DNA of 53,581 nucleotides from Patescibacteria group bacterium. GTDB lineage: Bacteria; Patescibacteriota; Minisyncoccia; UBA6257; 2-01-FULL-56-20. Both the position numbers and the translations under genes were made by a program. The stretch spans positions 1 to 53,581 of the forward strand of contig JBBTVY010000004.1 in NCBI GenBank assembly GCA_038063055.1. The letters are read 5' to 3'. Shown piece by piece: positions 9,512 to 18,133 of the stretch. Position 1 is the stretch's first letter. Each line of letters starts with the position of its first letter. Below the pieces are notes generated by a model. The model worked only from the letters and a program-made list of their open reading frames with translations, ran no database searches and had not been told where the DNA came from.

Positions 9512-10183
9512 ATGCTTCTATCCAGAACCGGAATTTTGCGTCACATGAAAGACGGGACTATCGTAATCGATCCGTTCGAAGATGACAACCTTAAAACAAC
9601 CAGTTATGACGTGACGCTCGGCGAGTGGTATTGGAAAGAAAAAAACCCAAGCGGACGTCACACCGTGCATAACATGTATGACAAAAAATCCACCGAGGCG
9701 GTCTGGGAAGGGCCTTGCCGCGCCGAGCTTGCCAGCGATTTGCGCGAAAGAACCGGCGTTTCTCTGGAAAATATTCCCGACGGGGCCAAAGTCATTTTGC
9801 TCGGTCCGGGCGAAACTATTCTCGCCCATACCAACGAGTACGTAGGCGGGCGGAAAATTTGCGTGGCCAAAATGTATGCCCGCTCGTCGCTCGGCAGAAA
9901 TTTCATAGAGGTTTGCAAAGACGCCGGCTGGGGCGATATTGGCTATTTCAACCGCTGGACGATGGAAGTTACGAACAACTCAAAGAATTTTTCCATACCC
10001 CTCGTAGTCGGTCGCAGGGTAGCCCAAATGGTTTTTTATGAAGTTGAACCGCTTGGAGGAGATTACGTGGAAGAGAAGGGAAAATATCAAATTTCGGCGC
10101 AACTCGACGAGCTCAAAAGAACCTGGCATCCGGAAATGATGCTGCCGCAGATGCACCTGGATAAAGAAGTAATACAGAATTAA
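9512..10183 (+). CDS. dcd: dCTP deaminase / dUTPase-superfamily protein
   Basis: The N-terminus (ILRHMKDGTIVIDPF...TSYDVTLG) and the GxxxAH...G core are typical of Dcd. Confidence 0.85.
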   Translation: MLLSRTGILRHMKDGTIVIDPFEDDNLKTTSYDVTLGEWYWKEKNPSGRHTVHNMYDKKSTEAVWEGPCRAELASDLRERTGVSLENIPDGAKVILLGPGETILAHTNEYVGGRKICVAKMYARSSLGRNFIEVCKDAGWGDIGYFNRWTMEVTNNSKNFSIPLVVGRRVAQMVFYEVEPLGGDYVEEKGKYQISAQLDELKRTWHPEMMLPQMHLDKEVIQN

Positions 10184-10246
10184 GCGCAGGCGGCCGGAAT
10201 CTCAGAAAAGGTTGCCATTTTCCCGTAATTTTGTTATTTTATCTAC

Positions 10247-10930
10247 ATGGATTTAGCAGTAAAAGAAAGGGAAAAATTCGGGAAAAACCTGAAAAGTTTG
10301 CGTCGGGAAGGTTTAATTCCCGCAGAACTTTACGGCCATGGCTTTAAAAACGTCCATTTGGCGGTTGACCGCAAGGATTTCGAAAAAGTTTTCGCGGAGG
10401 CAGGCGAAAGCACCGTCATCAACCTTTTGATTGGCGGAGACTCGTCTCGCTTTGCTGGCGAAGCGGGCAAAAAGTCTGCTTTGGTGCATGATATTCAGAA
10501 AAATTTCCTGACCGACGAGGTGATCCACATTGATTTTTATCAGGTAAGGATGGACGAGAAAATAAAAGCCCGCATCCCTCTCGAGTTCGTCGGCGAAGCT
10601 CCGGCGGTCAGGGAATTCAGCGGCATTCTGAATAAAACTATTTCTGAAATAGAAGTTGAAGCCTTGCCCGCTGATTTGCCAAGGTATTTTGAAGTTGATA
10701 TGACGAAATTAAAAGAATTGAATCAGAGTGTTTATGTCAGCGATTTGAAAATTCCCGCGGGAGTGGAAATTTTAATTGAACCTAAAACCGTTATAGCCAC
10801 AGTCACGCCGCCGCTCGAAGAAGAGAAAATTGAAGAAGCGCCGGTTGATTTGAGCGCTGTAAAAGTGGAAACCGAAGAAAAAGCGGCGGAGCGCGTCAAA
10901 GAGAAATCCGAAACTGAAGAAAAGAAATAA
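10247..10930 (+). CDS. rplY: 50S ribosomal protein L25/Ctc
   Basis: It has RREGLIPAELYG and VHDIQ...HIDF, followed by an acidic C-terminal tail. Confidence 0.9.
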   Translation: MDLAVKEREKFGKNLKSLRREGLIPAELYGHGFKNVHLAVDRKDFEKVFAEAGESTVINLLIGGDSSRFAGEAGKKSALVHDIQKNFLTDEVIHIDFYQVRMDEKIKARIPLEFVGEAPAVREFSGILNKTISEIEVEALPADLPRYFEVDMTKLKELNQSVYVSDLKIPAGVEILIEPKTVIATVTPPLEEEKIEEAPVDLSAVKVETEEKAAERVKEKSETEEKK

Positions 10931-10951
10931 CTACAACCAGAGGAGAATTAT

Positions 10952-12385
10952 ATGAAGCTTCTTAAACCAAAAGTTTTAGAAGATATTCAGTCGCAATCAA
11001 AAAGCGTATTCAGAAAATCCGAACAGCGTATTAATTTAAGCTATCGGCCAATTCGGCGCTTGCCGATATCGCTATTTACCAAATGTTCCGTTATAGTTGT
11101 TGCTCTCTTTTTTCTTTTCGCGGGCTTCGTTTCCGCGCCGATAACTAACCAGACTCTGGCGCAAATAATTTCTCCGTCGCCGGCCGACCAGGAACGTCAA
11201 GCTCTTGAAGCGCAATTGAAAGAGCTGGGAACACAAATGGATGTTTATCAAAACCAAATTGAAGGATATCAAAAACAAGGAAATTCCCTTAAAGGAGAAA
11301 TTAACCAGCTTAACGGCAAAATTTCACAGACAAGTTTGCAGATAAAAGCCATAAATCTTACGCTTGGCCAGCTTGACGACAATATAACCGAAACCGCCAA
11401 CAAGATTTCCCTTACCGAAAACACGATAAGCAACAACAAGGAAGCGCTGGGCGTTCTTCTCCGGCAGCTTTACGTAAACGAACGCGCAAATCTTCTGGAA
11501 ATTTTTCTTCAGCATCCTAAGCTTTCCGATTTTTTTAACGATGTTAACAGCATAGATAACCTCCAAAATAATCTTCGCCTCACGATAATCAAAATAAGAG
11601 ACCTTCGCGCCCAATTGGAGGACCAGCAAAGCCAACTGGCGCTGGCCAGAGCCGATGCGGCTTCAGTCAAGGAATATCAGGTCGTCAAAAAGAGCGAAGC
11701 TGAGGAAATAAAGAATCAAAAAAATAATCTTTTGAGCGTTACCAAGGGGCAGGAATCCAAATATCAAGCCCTTTTGAAGGAAACCAAAGAAAATGCCGCA
11801 CAGATAAGGAGCAGAATTTTCCAGCTTTTGGGCGGCGGCCAGCTGTCGTTCGAAGAGGCATATAAATACGCAAAATTGGCGAGTGACGCCACCGGAGTAA
11901 GGCCGGCTTTGATTCTGGCCGTTCTGGACAGGGAATCGGCTCTCGGACAGAACGTCGGGAGATGCGGTTATCAGACGGCCATGAGTCCCCAAAACCAGCA
12001 GGTTTTTTTGGCTCTTTTGCAGCAATTGAATATTTCCCCCGATTCGGTAATGGTTTCCTGTCCCAACCGAGACGGTGTTTATGGCGGCGCCATGGGACCG
12101 GCCCAGTTTATTCCGGCTACTTGGAAAATTTATTCCAGCCAGATCTCAAAGATAACAGGAAGGTCTCCGGCCAACCCGTGGAATAACGCGGACGCTTTCG
12201 TTGCCACAGCCCTTTATCTGCGCGACGCCGGGGCATCCGGTAGCCCGTCGATTTCGCAGGAAAGAATAGCGGCAGCCAGATATTACGCCGGTGGCCGCTG
12301 GCAGAGATACCTTTGGACTTACGGCCAGGCCGTGGTAAATTTGGCGCAGAAGTTCCAGGGCGATATAGACACAATAACCAGCTGA
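10952..12385 (+). CDS. membrane-anchored coiled-coil protein with C-terminal lytic transglycosylase (MltB/SLT_2-like) domain
   Basis: An N-terminal TM is followed by about 250 aa of heptad-rich Q/L/E sequence. The C-terminus has RESALGQN and GAMGPAQFIPATW, typical of MltB-type transglycosylases. Confidence 0.8.
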   Translation: MKLLKPKVLEDIQSQSKSVFRKSEQRINLSYRPIRRLPISLFTKCSVIVVALFFLFAGFVSAPITNQTLAQIISPSPADQERQALEAQLKELGTQMDVYQNQIEGYQKQGNSLKGEINQLNGKISQTSLQIKAINLTLGQLDDNITETANKISLTENTISNNKEALGVLLRQLYVNERANLLEIFLQHPKLSDFFNDVNSIDNLQNNLRLTIIKIRDLRAQLEDQQSQLALARADAASVKEYQVVKKSEAEEIKNQKNNLLSVTKGQESKYQALLKETKENAAQIRSRIFQLLGGGQLSFEEAYKYAKLASDATGVRPALILAVLDRESALGQNVGRCGYQTAMSPQNQQVFLALLQQLNISPDSVMVSCPNRDGVYGGAMGPAQFIPATWKIYSSQISKITGRSPANPWNNADAFVATALYLRDAGASGSPSISQERIAAARYYAGGRWQRYLWTYGQAVVNLAQKFQGDIDTITS

Positions 12386-12389
12386 CAAT

Positions 12390-13664
12390 ATGAAAGAAGA
12401 ATTCAAAAGAACAATACTTAAAAACGGCTTGAGGGTTATCTTGGCTCCTCAAAAAAGCATGGCGGCCACCGCTTTGGTTTTGGTGGAAGCCGGTTCGGAA
12501 TATGAAACAAAAAATATAAACGGACTTTCGCATTTTCTTGAACATCTTGTGTTTAAAGGGACGTTAAAAAGGCCGCGCCCGGGAGCGATAGCCGAAGAAC
12601 TGGATTCTCTTGGCGCGGAATATAACGCTTTCACTGGCCAGGAATACACGGGTTACTGGGCAAAAGCGCAAAATGAAAAACTTTCCCGTATTTTGGAAAT
12701 AGTTTCCGATTTGTACCTTAACCCGGTATTTAATAAGGATGAGATGGACAAGGAACGCGGCGTCGTAATAGAAGAAATTAACATGTACGAGGATACGCCC
12801 ATGCGGCGAGTCCACGAGATTTTCACGCAGCTTCTTTATGGCAATCAGCCCGCAGGGTGGGATGTCGGAGGCAGCAAGGAAGTCATACGCCGGGTATCTC
12901 GCGACGAATTGCTGGCTTACAGGAACAAGCACTATGTGGCCTCGGCGACCGCGGTCATCCTGGCAGGCGACTTTGACGAAAAAAAAGTTTTGCGTCTGAG
13001 CCGGAATCTTTTTTCAAAACTGTCCCGTGGACGGAAAGCGTCTAAGTCAAAAACAAAAGAAAAACAATCAAGGCCAGCCGCCGTCGCCAAATTCAAGGAA
13101 TCGGACCAGACTCATCTGGTAATCGGAACCCGAGCTTTCAACATTTTTGATAAGCGTCGCTACGCGCTTCAGGTTCTTGCCGATATAATAGGCGGAGGCA
13201 TGAGCTCCCGGCTTTTCCACCGCATCAGGGAAGAGCTTGGGGCGGCTTATTACGTACACGCGGGCAGCGAGCTTTTTTTGGATCACGGCTACTTTTCGAT
13301 TTCGGCGGGCGTTGACCATAAAAAAATCGAACTTGTCATTAAGTCGATTTTGTCAGAATTGAGCCGTTCGGCCGAAGATTCCGTCGGCAGGGAAGAGCTG
13401 CAAAAAGCGAAGGACCATATTGTCGGGAATTTCATTCTGGGGCTGGAAACATCAGATGAACTTGCCGGTTTTTACGGCAGCCAGGAGATAATTTCAAAAA
13501 AACTCTTGAAACCGGCGCAGATAACGGATAAAATCCAAAAAGTGAGTCCCGATGACGTCAAAAGCGTAGCCAGGCATATTTTCAAAAACGAGAAGCTCAA
13601 TCTGGCTCTAATCGGCCCGTACAAACGAATAGAAACTTTCAAAAAATTACTTCGTTTTAAGTAA
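12390..13664 (+). CDS. M16-family (pitrilysin/insulinase-like) zinc peptidase
   Basis: It carries the inverted zinc motif HFLEHLVFKGT and has the two-lobe length of 424 aa. Confidence 0.9.
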   Translation: MKEEFKRTILKNGLRVILAPQKSMAATALVLVEAGSEYETKNINGLSHFLEHLVFKGTLKRPRPGAIAEELDSLGAEYNAFTGQEYTGYWAKAQNEKLSRILEIVSDLYLNPVFNKDEMDKERGVVIEEINMYEDTPMRRVHEIFTQLLYGNQPAGWDVGGSKEVIRRVSRDELLAYRNKHYVASATAVILAGDFDEKKVLRLSRNLFSKLSRGRKASKSKTKEKQSRPAAVAKFKESDQTHLVIGTRAFNIFDKRRYALQVLADIIGGGMSSRLFHRIREELGAAYYVHAGSELFLDHGYFSISAGVDHKKIELVIKSILSELSRSAEDSVGREELQKAKDHIVGNFILGLETSDELAGFYGSQEIISKKLLKPAQITDKIQKVSPDDVKSVARHIFKNEKLNLALIGPYKRIETFKKLLRFK

Positions 13665-13675
13665 TAGGACAGGAA

Positions 13676-14698
13676 ATGCAAAAAAACGTTTTAGAAATTT
13701 CGTGGGCCAGCTTATGGAGAATTTTATTTTTCGTTTTACTGGTGGTTTTTATGTTTATGGCCAAAAATATCGTTTTAGGTCTGTTTTTGGCCATAGTCAT
13801 ATCGTCCGGCCTTGAAATCCCCATAGATGCCCTTGAAAAAAGGAAGGTGCCGAGAACGGTCGGGGCGATACTCCTTTTCTTGATTTTGATTTTCGCGATT
13901 GCCGTATTTTTATACGCCGTAGTTCCGCTTGTGATTGTCAACCTCAACGAGGCGATATTCAACATTCAAAAAGCTTCTCAAGGAACGTGGTGGCAGTCCA
14001 TTTTCAACATAAAGACATCGCGCTCAATTAACGATTTGATGAGCAAAATCGTTGACAATTTCATATCCACGGGAACTTCTCCTCTTGAAGCGATTTCACA
14101 GGTTTTTGGGGGTTTGAGTCTGACAATTTCCGTTTTCATACTTTCTTTTTATTTGAGCGTCAACAGAAACGGCGTCGAGCGTTTCATCAGAATAATGTCC
14201 CCGATTGATTACGAAGGAACAGCCCTTAGGATTTTCGAACGCTCAAGAAAGAAGATAGGTCTTTGGTTTAAAGCCCAATTTGTTCTCAGCTTAATGATGG
14301 CTTTGCTTGTCTGGATAGCGCTTTCTTTGCTTGGGGTTAAATACGCGCTGATTCTGGGAGCGACGGCCGGCATAATGGAACTGATTCCTTTCGTCGGGCC
14401 GATATTGGCGGGGGCGGCGGCCGTACTTGTGGCAATTTCCGATTCGACGACGCTCGCCGTTTACACTTTGATAGTTTTTTTGGTCCTGCAACAGCTGGAG
14501 TCCAATGTTTTGGTGCCGCTTTTAATGAATAAAGCCGCCGGCTTGCACCCTATATTGGTCATAATATCTCTTTTGATGGGTATAGAAATAGCCGGTTTTT
14601 TGGGGGCGATTATCGCGATTCCGGTAGCCGCGGTTTTTCAGGAAATAGTCGAAGATTGGGATAGAAGAAAATCGACGCGAAGGGCGGTGGCGCAGTAA
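13676..14698 (+). CDS. AI-2E family transporter (PerM/UPF0118)
   Basis: The 340-aa product has about 8 TM helices. The conserved C-terminal block is IPFVGPILAG...LQQLESNVLVP. Confidence 0.85.
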   Translation: MQKNVLEISWASLWRILFFVLLVVFMFMAKNIVLGLFLAIVISSGLEIPIDALEKRKVPRTVGAILLFLILIFAIAVFLYAVVPLVIVNLNEAIFNIQKASQGTWWQSIFNIKTSRSINDLMSKIVDNFISTGTSPLEAISQVFGGLSLTISVFILSFYLSVNRNGVERFIRIMSPIDYEGTALRIFERSRKKIGLWFKAQFVLSLMMALLVWIALSLLGVKYALILGATAGIMELIPFVGPILAGAAAVLVAISDSTTLAVYTLIVFLVLQQLESNVLVPLLMNKAAGLHPILVIISLLMGIEIAGFLGAIIAIPVAAVFQEIVEDWDRRKSTRRAVAQ

Positions 14699-16185
14699 TG
14701 AAAAATAAATTTTATATCACGTCGCCGATTTATTACGTGAACGACAAACCGCATGTCGGTCATGCATACTCGACTATAATTGCGGATACTTTAGCACGTT
14801 ATCATCGCGCACTCGGAGACGAAGTCATATTTTTAACAGGTACAGATGAGAATTCTCAAAAAACGGTGGATGCTGCACAAAAAGCGAGCGAGGACATTGT
14901 CTCTTATACCGACCGGCTTGCTGCAATTTGGAAATCGGTATGGAAAGCGCTTAATATAAGCAATACTGATTTTATTAGAACGACGGAACTGCGTCACAGA
15001 AAAATAGTTGAGGAATTTTGGAAAAGGATATGGGATAAAGGAGATATTTACAAAGGTAAATATGAGGGCTTGTATTGCAAAGGCCATGAGGCTTTTATAA
15101 AAGCCAGCGATTTGGTGGACGGACTATGTCCTGACCATAAAACAAAACCAGAACATTTGGTCGAGGAAAATTATTTTTTTAAGCTTAAAAAATATGAAAA
15201 GGATTTGCTGGCGTTTTATGAAAAAAATCCAAATTTTGTTGTACCAGAGAATAGATATAACGAAGTAAAAGCTTTCGTTCGTGAGGGACTTGAGGACTTA
15301 AGTATATCTAGGCAGGTTCAGAAATGGGGAATTCCAGTTCCCAGTGATCCAGGCCATGTTGTTTATGTCTGGTTTGACGCCTTGATTAATTATGTTTCAG
15401 CAATCGGTACGGAAAAATGGCAAGGACATCCGGCAGACGTACATGTAATCGGTAAAGATATAGTCCGCTTCCACGCCATAATATGGCCAGCCATGCTTAT
15501 GTCGGCAGGTTTTTCTTTGCCAAAACAGATAGCGGCAAACGGTTTTTTTACAGTGAACGGAGTGAAGATTTCCAAATCTCTCGGCAATGCCATTGACCCG
15601 ATTGGTTTGGTAGAAAAATACGGGACGGACGCGTTGCGGTATTTCTTGTTGCGTGAAATTCCTTACGGTGAAGATGGAGACTTTTCCGAAGAAAAATTAA
15701 AAGAGCGGTACAACGCCGATTTGGCGAATGGCCTCGGGAATTTGGTGAGCAGGGTAATGAAAATGGCGGTTACGAATGATGTTAGGCTGGAGTCAGGAGA
15801 TTTTTACTCGTTCAAAGAGTGGGCCAAGAAAGACTTTTTCGCTAAGCAGTTTACAGAAGCCCTCGAGAAATTCCAGCTTTCTAGGGCGGTAGAACTTTTA
15901 TTTGCCATACCTCGAGATTACTCTCCGGCGTTCGTGCAATACTATGCCACAGGAGACGATAGCACCATGTCCGTATCCGCTACGAATCTACTCATCCAAG
16001 AGGAAGAACCATTCAAAGAAAAAGATCCAGAAAAGCGAAAAGAGAAAATTCGCAACGAACTTCTTAAGTTGCAGAAGCTTGCGATACTACTTGAGCCGAT
16101 CCTCCCTAATACGAGTTTAAAAATCACAACTTTACTGAGAAATAATTCCGAACCAAAGACACCTATTTTTCCGAGGATCTCCTGA
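14698..16185 (+). CDS. metG: methionine--tRNA ligase (short form, no C-terminal tRNA-binding domain)
   Basis: It has ITSPIYYVNDKPHVGHAYS (HIGH region) and KISKSLGN (KMSKS). Confidence 0.95.
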   Translation: MKNKFYITSPIYYVNDKPHVGHAYSTIIADTLARYHRALGDEVIFLTGTDENSQKTVDAAQKASEDIVSYTDRLAAIWKSVWKALNISNTDFIRTTELRHRKIVEEFWKRIWDKGDIYKGKYEGLYCKGHEAFIKASDLVDGLCPDHKTKPEHLVEENYFFKLKKYEKDLLAFYEKNPNFVVPENRYNEVKAFVREGLEDLSISRQVQKWGIPVPSDPGHVVYVWFDALINYVSAIGTEKWQGHPADVHVIGKDIVRFHAIIWPAMLMSAGFSLPKQIAANGFFTVNGVKISKSLGNAIDPIGLVEKYGTDALRYFLLREIPYGEDGDFSEEKLKERYNADLANGLGNLVSRVMKMAVTNDVRLESGDFYSFKEWAKKDFFAKQFTEALEKFQLSRAVELLFAIPRDYSPAFVQYYATGDDSTMSVSATNLLIQEEEPFKEKDPEKRKEKIRNELLKLQKLAILLEPILPNTSLKITTLLRNNSEPKTPIFPRIS

Positions 16186-16186
16186 T

Positions 16187-17185
16187 ATGAAATTTTTCGA
16201 CGCGCATACGCACGTTCAATTTGCGGCTTTTGATAAAGACCGGAAAGAAGTTATTGAACGCGCAATTAAAAACGGCGTTTCAATAATAAACGTCGGGACG
16301 CAGGCGGACACTTCGGCGGCCGCGATTAAATTGGCGAATGAATATGCGGAAGGCTTGCCCGCCGAAGCTTTAGCGAAGGCGGGGATTTACGCGAGCGTCG
16401 GTTTGCATCCGATTCACACGGAAAAGTCATATCACGATAAGAAAGAACTTGGTAACGGAGATTCAGCCAAGGCGTTTAATAGTCGCGGAGAAGATTTTGA
16501 CTACGACTACTACAAAAAACTGGCGTTTGACCCGAAAGTCGTCGCGATAGGCGAGTGTGGACTCGATTATTACCGTTTGTCGGAAGAAACCCCTTCGACA
16601 GATTCGACAAGCTCACTGCAAGCAGGCTCAGGGCAGGCAAAAGAAAAACAAAAAAAGGTATTCATAAAACAAATTGAATTGGCGAAAGATGTCAAAAAGC
16701 CCCTGATGATTCACTGTCGCTCCAGCGTACCGAAGCGAACATCGCCCCAGAATGGGGCGGGCCGTAACGCATTTCAGGACCTTATAGATATTCTTGTTTC
16801 TTGTCGCTTATCTCTTGTTTCTCCGCCGGGCGTTATACACTTCTTCAGCGGCACAGCCGGAGACGCCAAAAAGCTTTTGGAACTCGGTTTTTCGTTTACT
16901 TTTGGAGGTGTGGTTACATTTCCGCCAAGAAACAGATTCGACAAGCTCACTGCGGGAGGGAATAGCGCCGGCGATTACGACGAAGTTATAAAAATGATTC
17001 CTTTGGACAGGATTTTGAGTGAGACCGACGCGCCTTATGTGACACCGGCGCCTTATCGCGGAAAAAGAAACGAACCGCTTTATGTGATTGAAGTCGTAAA
17101 AAAACTGGCGGAAATAAAAGATGTCTCGACCGAAGAAATGGCAGAAAAAATTTTTGAAAACGCCAAAAGAATATTTAAAATTTAG
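16187..17185 (+). CDS. tatD: TatD-family metal-dependent hydrolase carrying several in-frame repeat insertions
   Basis: It has FDAHTHV, GECGLDY, MIHCR and ETDAPY motifs. At 332 aa it is about 75 aa longer than a typical TatD, and the excess maps to repeat elements. Confidence 0.9.
   Translation: MKFFDAHTHVQFAAFDKDRKEVIERAIKNGVSIINVGTQADTSAAAIKLANEYAEGLPAEALAKAGIYASVGLHPIHTEKSYHDKKELGNGDSAKAFNSRGEDFDYDYYKKLAFDPKVVAIGECGLDYYRLSEETPSTDSTSSLQAGSGQAKEKQKKVFIKQIELAKDVKKPLMIHCRSSVPKRTSPQNGAGRNAFQDLIDILVSCRLSLVSPPGVIHFFSGTAGDAKKLLELGFSFTFGGVVTFPPRNRFDKLTAGGNSAGDYDEVIKMIPLDRILSETDAPYVTPAPYRGKRNEPLYVIEVVKKLAEIKDVSTEEMAEKIFENAKRIFKI
16591..16638. repeat. family-A GC-rich repeat (ccttcgac..gctca(g/c)..cagggcaagc type), in frame in tatD
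   Basis: The sequence cccttcgacagattcgacaagctcactgcaagcaggctcagggcaggc encodes PSTDSTSSLQAGSGQA. Confidence 0.75.
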
Positions 17186-17186
17186 C

Positions 17187-17215
17187 TTTACATTGCTTTT
17201 AGCATCTGTTATATA
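17187..17215 (+). promoter_or_regulatory. sigma70-like promoter TTTACA-17-TATATA
   Basis: The hexamers and 17-nt spacer were read directly. It sits 30 nt upstream of the SD (AAGGAGA) of the 97-aa ORF. Confidence 0.5.
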
Positions 17216-17245
17216 AAAAGTGGTTGATTTCAAAAGGAGAAAGCC

Positions 17246-17539
17246 GTGAGCCGAAAATATTGGGTTGCCAGACACAAGGTTGAAAAATGGGGTGCCGAAC
17301 ATAAAAGAATAATCAGACTCCTCGATTCTAATGGCTATTGTATTACCTGGGGAGGTTCTTTTATCGGCGGGAAATGGGACGGGGAAGCATATTACCTGCT
17401 TGGTGAAAGCCTGGTTGCGCACGAGAACAGCAGATTCGCAATTGTGGCATCCTCACTCGCCAAGCTAAAAGGGGCTGCAAAGTTTCTCTCAATTCAACTC
17501 GGAGAAGTTTCGCAGGTCGGACCGCGGGCTCCGCGCTAA
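17246..17539 (+). CDS. small hypothetical protein (97 aa, GTG start)
   Basis: A strong SD (AAGGAGA) lies 7 nt upstream of the GTG. The gene has its own promoter-like hexamers and its own terminator. Confidence 0.6.
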   Translation: MSRKYWVARHKVEKWGAEHKRIIRLLDSNGYCITWGGSFIGGKWDGEAYYLLGESLVAHENSRFAIVASSLAKLKGAAKFLSIQLGEVSQVGPRAPR

Positions 17540-17571
17540 ATCAAGCTTGTCTAAAATAATGACCAAAATCG

Positions 17572-17606
17572 CCCGCCGGCAGAAAACCTGCTTCGGCGGG
17601 TTTTTT
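17572..17606 (+). terminator. intrinsic terminator
   Basis: A cccgccggcag...ctgcttcggcggg hairpin is followed by TTTTTTGTTTT. Confidence 0.75.
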
Positions 17607-17661
17607 GTTTTAAATCCAATAAATTTTTGAAAACCGCGTTTTATGTGTTAATTTTATTATT

Positions 17662-18108
17662 ATGACTTCCGTAATTATTGAATTTATCATTATCGGTTTC
17701 GCGCTCGTAGGATTGTGTCTTTCGATATACATTTATTGGACTAAACAAAAAGGCGAATCACTCGTCTGCCCAATAGACGGTTCGTGCGATATTGTGGTTC
17801 ATAGCGAGTACAGTGTTTTATTAGGCATTCCGCTCGAAGTATTCGGAATGTTTTATTATGGCGGGGTAGCGTTATTGCGTCTCGCCGCCATTATCGCGTC
17901 TCCGGCGCTTTATGAATCATTCATTCTTGTCGGCGCCGCCGTTTCCGCTGCCGGATTTTTGATGTCGCTTTATTTCACGTGGCTTCAGGTAGCTAAATTA
18001 AAACAATGGTGCGCGTTTTGCACCGCTTCGACGCTTATCACAACGATGATATTTATTTTTTCATTTTTTGGGTTTTGGCAGGTCATTGGTCCGTTTCTGG
18101 GTTTATGA
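17662..18108 (+). CDS. vitamin K epoxide reductase (VKOR)-family membrane protein
   Basis: The 148-aa product has 4 TM helices, a loop cysteine pair (CPIDGSC) and a CAFC redox motif in the last helix. Confidence 0.8.
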   Translation: MTSVIIEFIIIGFALVGLCLSIYIYWTKQKGESLVCPIDGSCDIVVHSEYSVLLGIPLEVFGMFYYGGVALLRLAAIIASPALYESFILVGAAVSAAGFLMSLYFTWLQVAKLKQWCAFCTASTLITTMIFIFSFFGFWQVIGPFLGL

Positions 18109-18133
18109 TTTATTTTTAGGTTAAAACTCGGCT

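Noticed and set aside
10436-10480. Possible repeat-derived insertion in L25 (GGDSSRFAGEAGKKSA)
   Set aside because: It has only a loose similarity to family-E words (gcgaagcgggc). The evidence is insufficient without an ortholog alignment.
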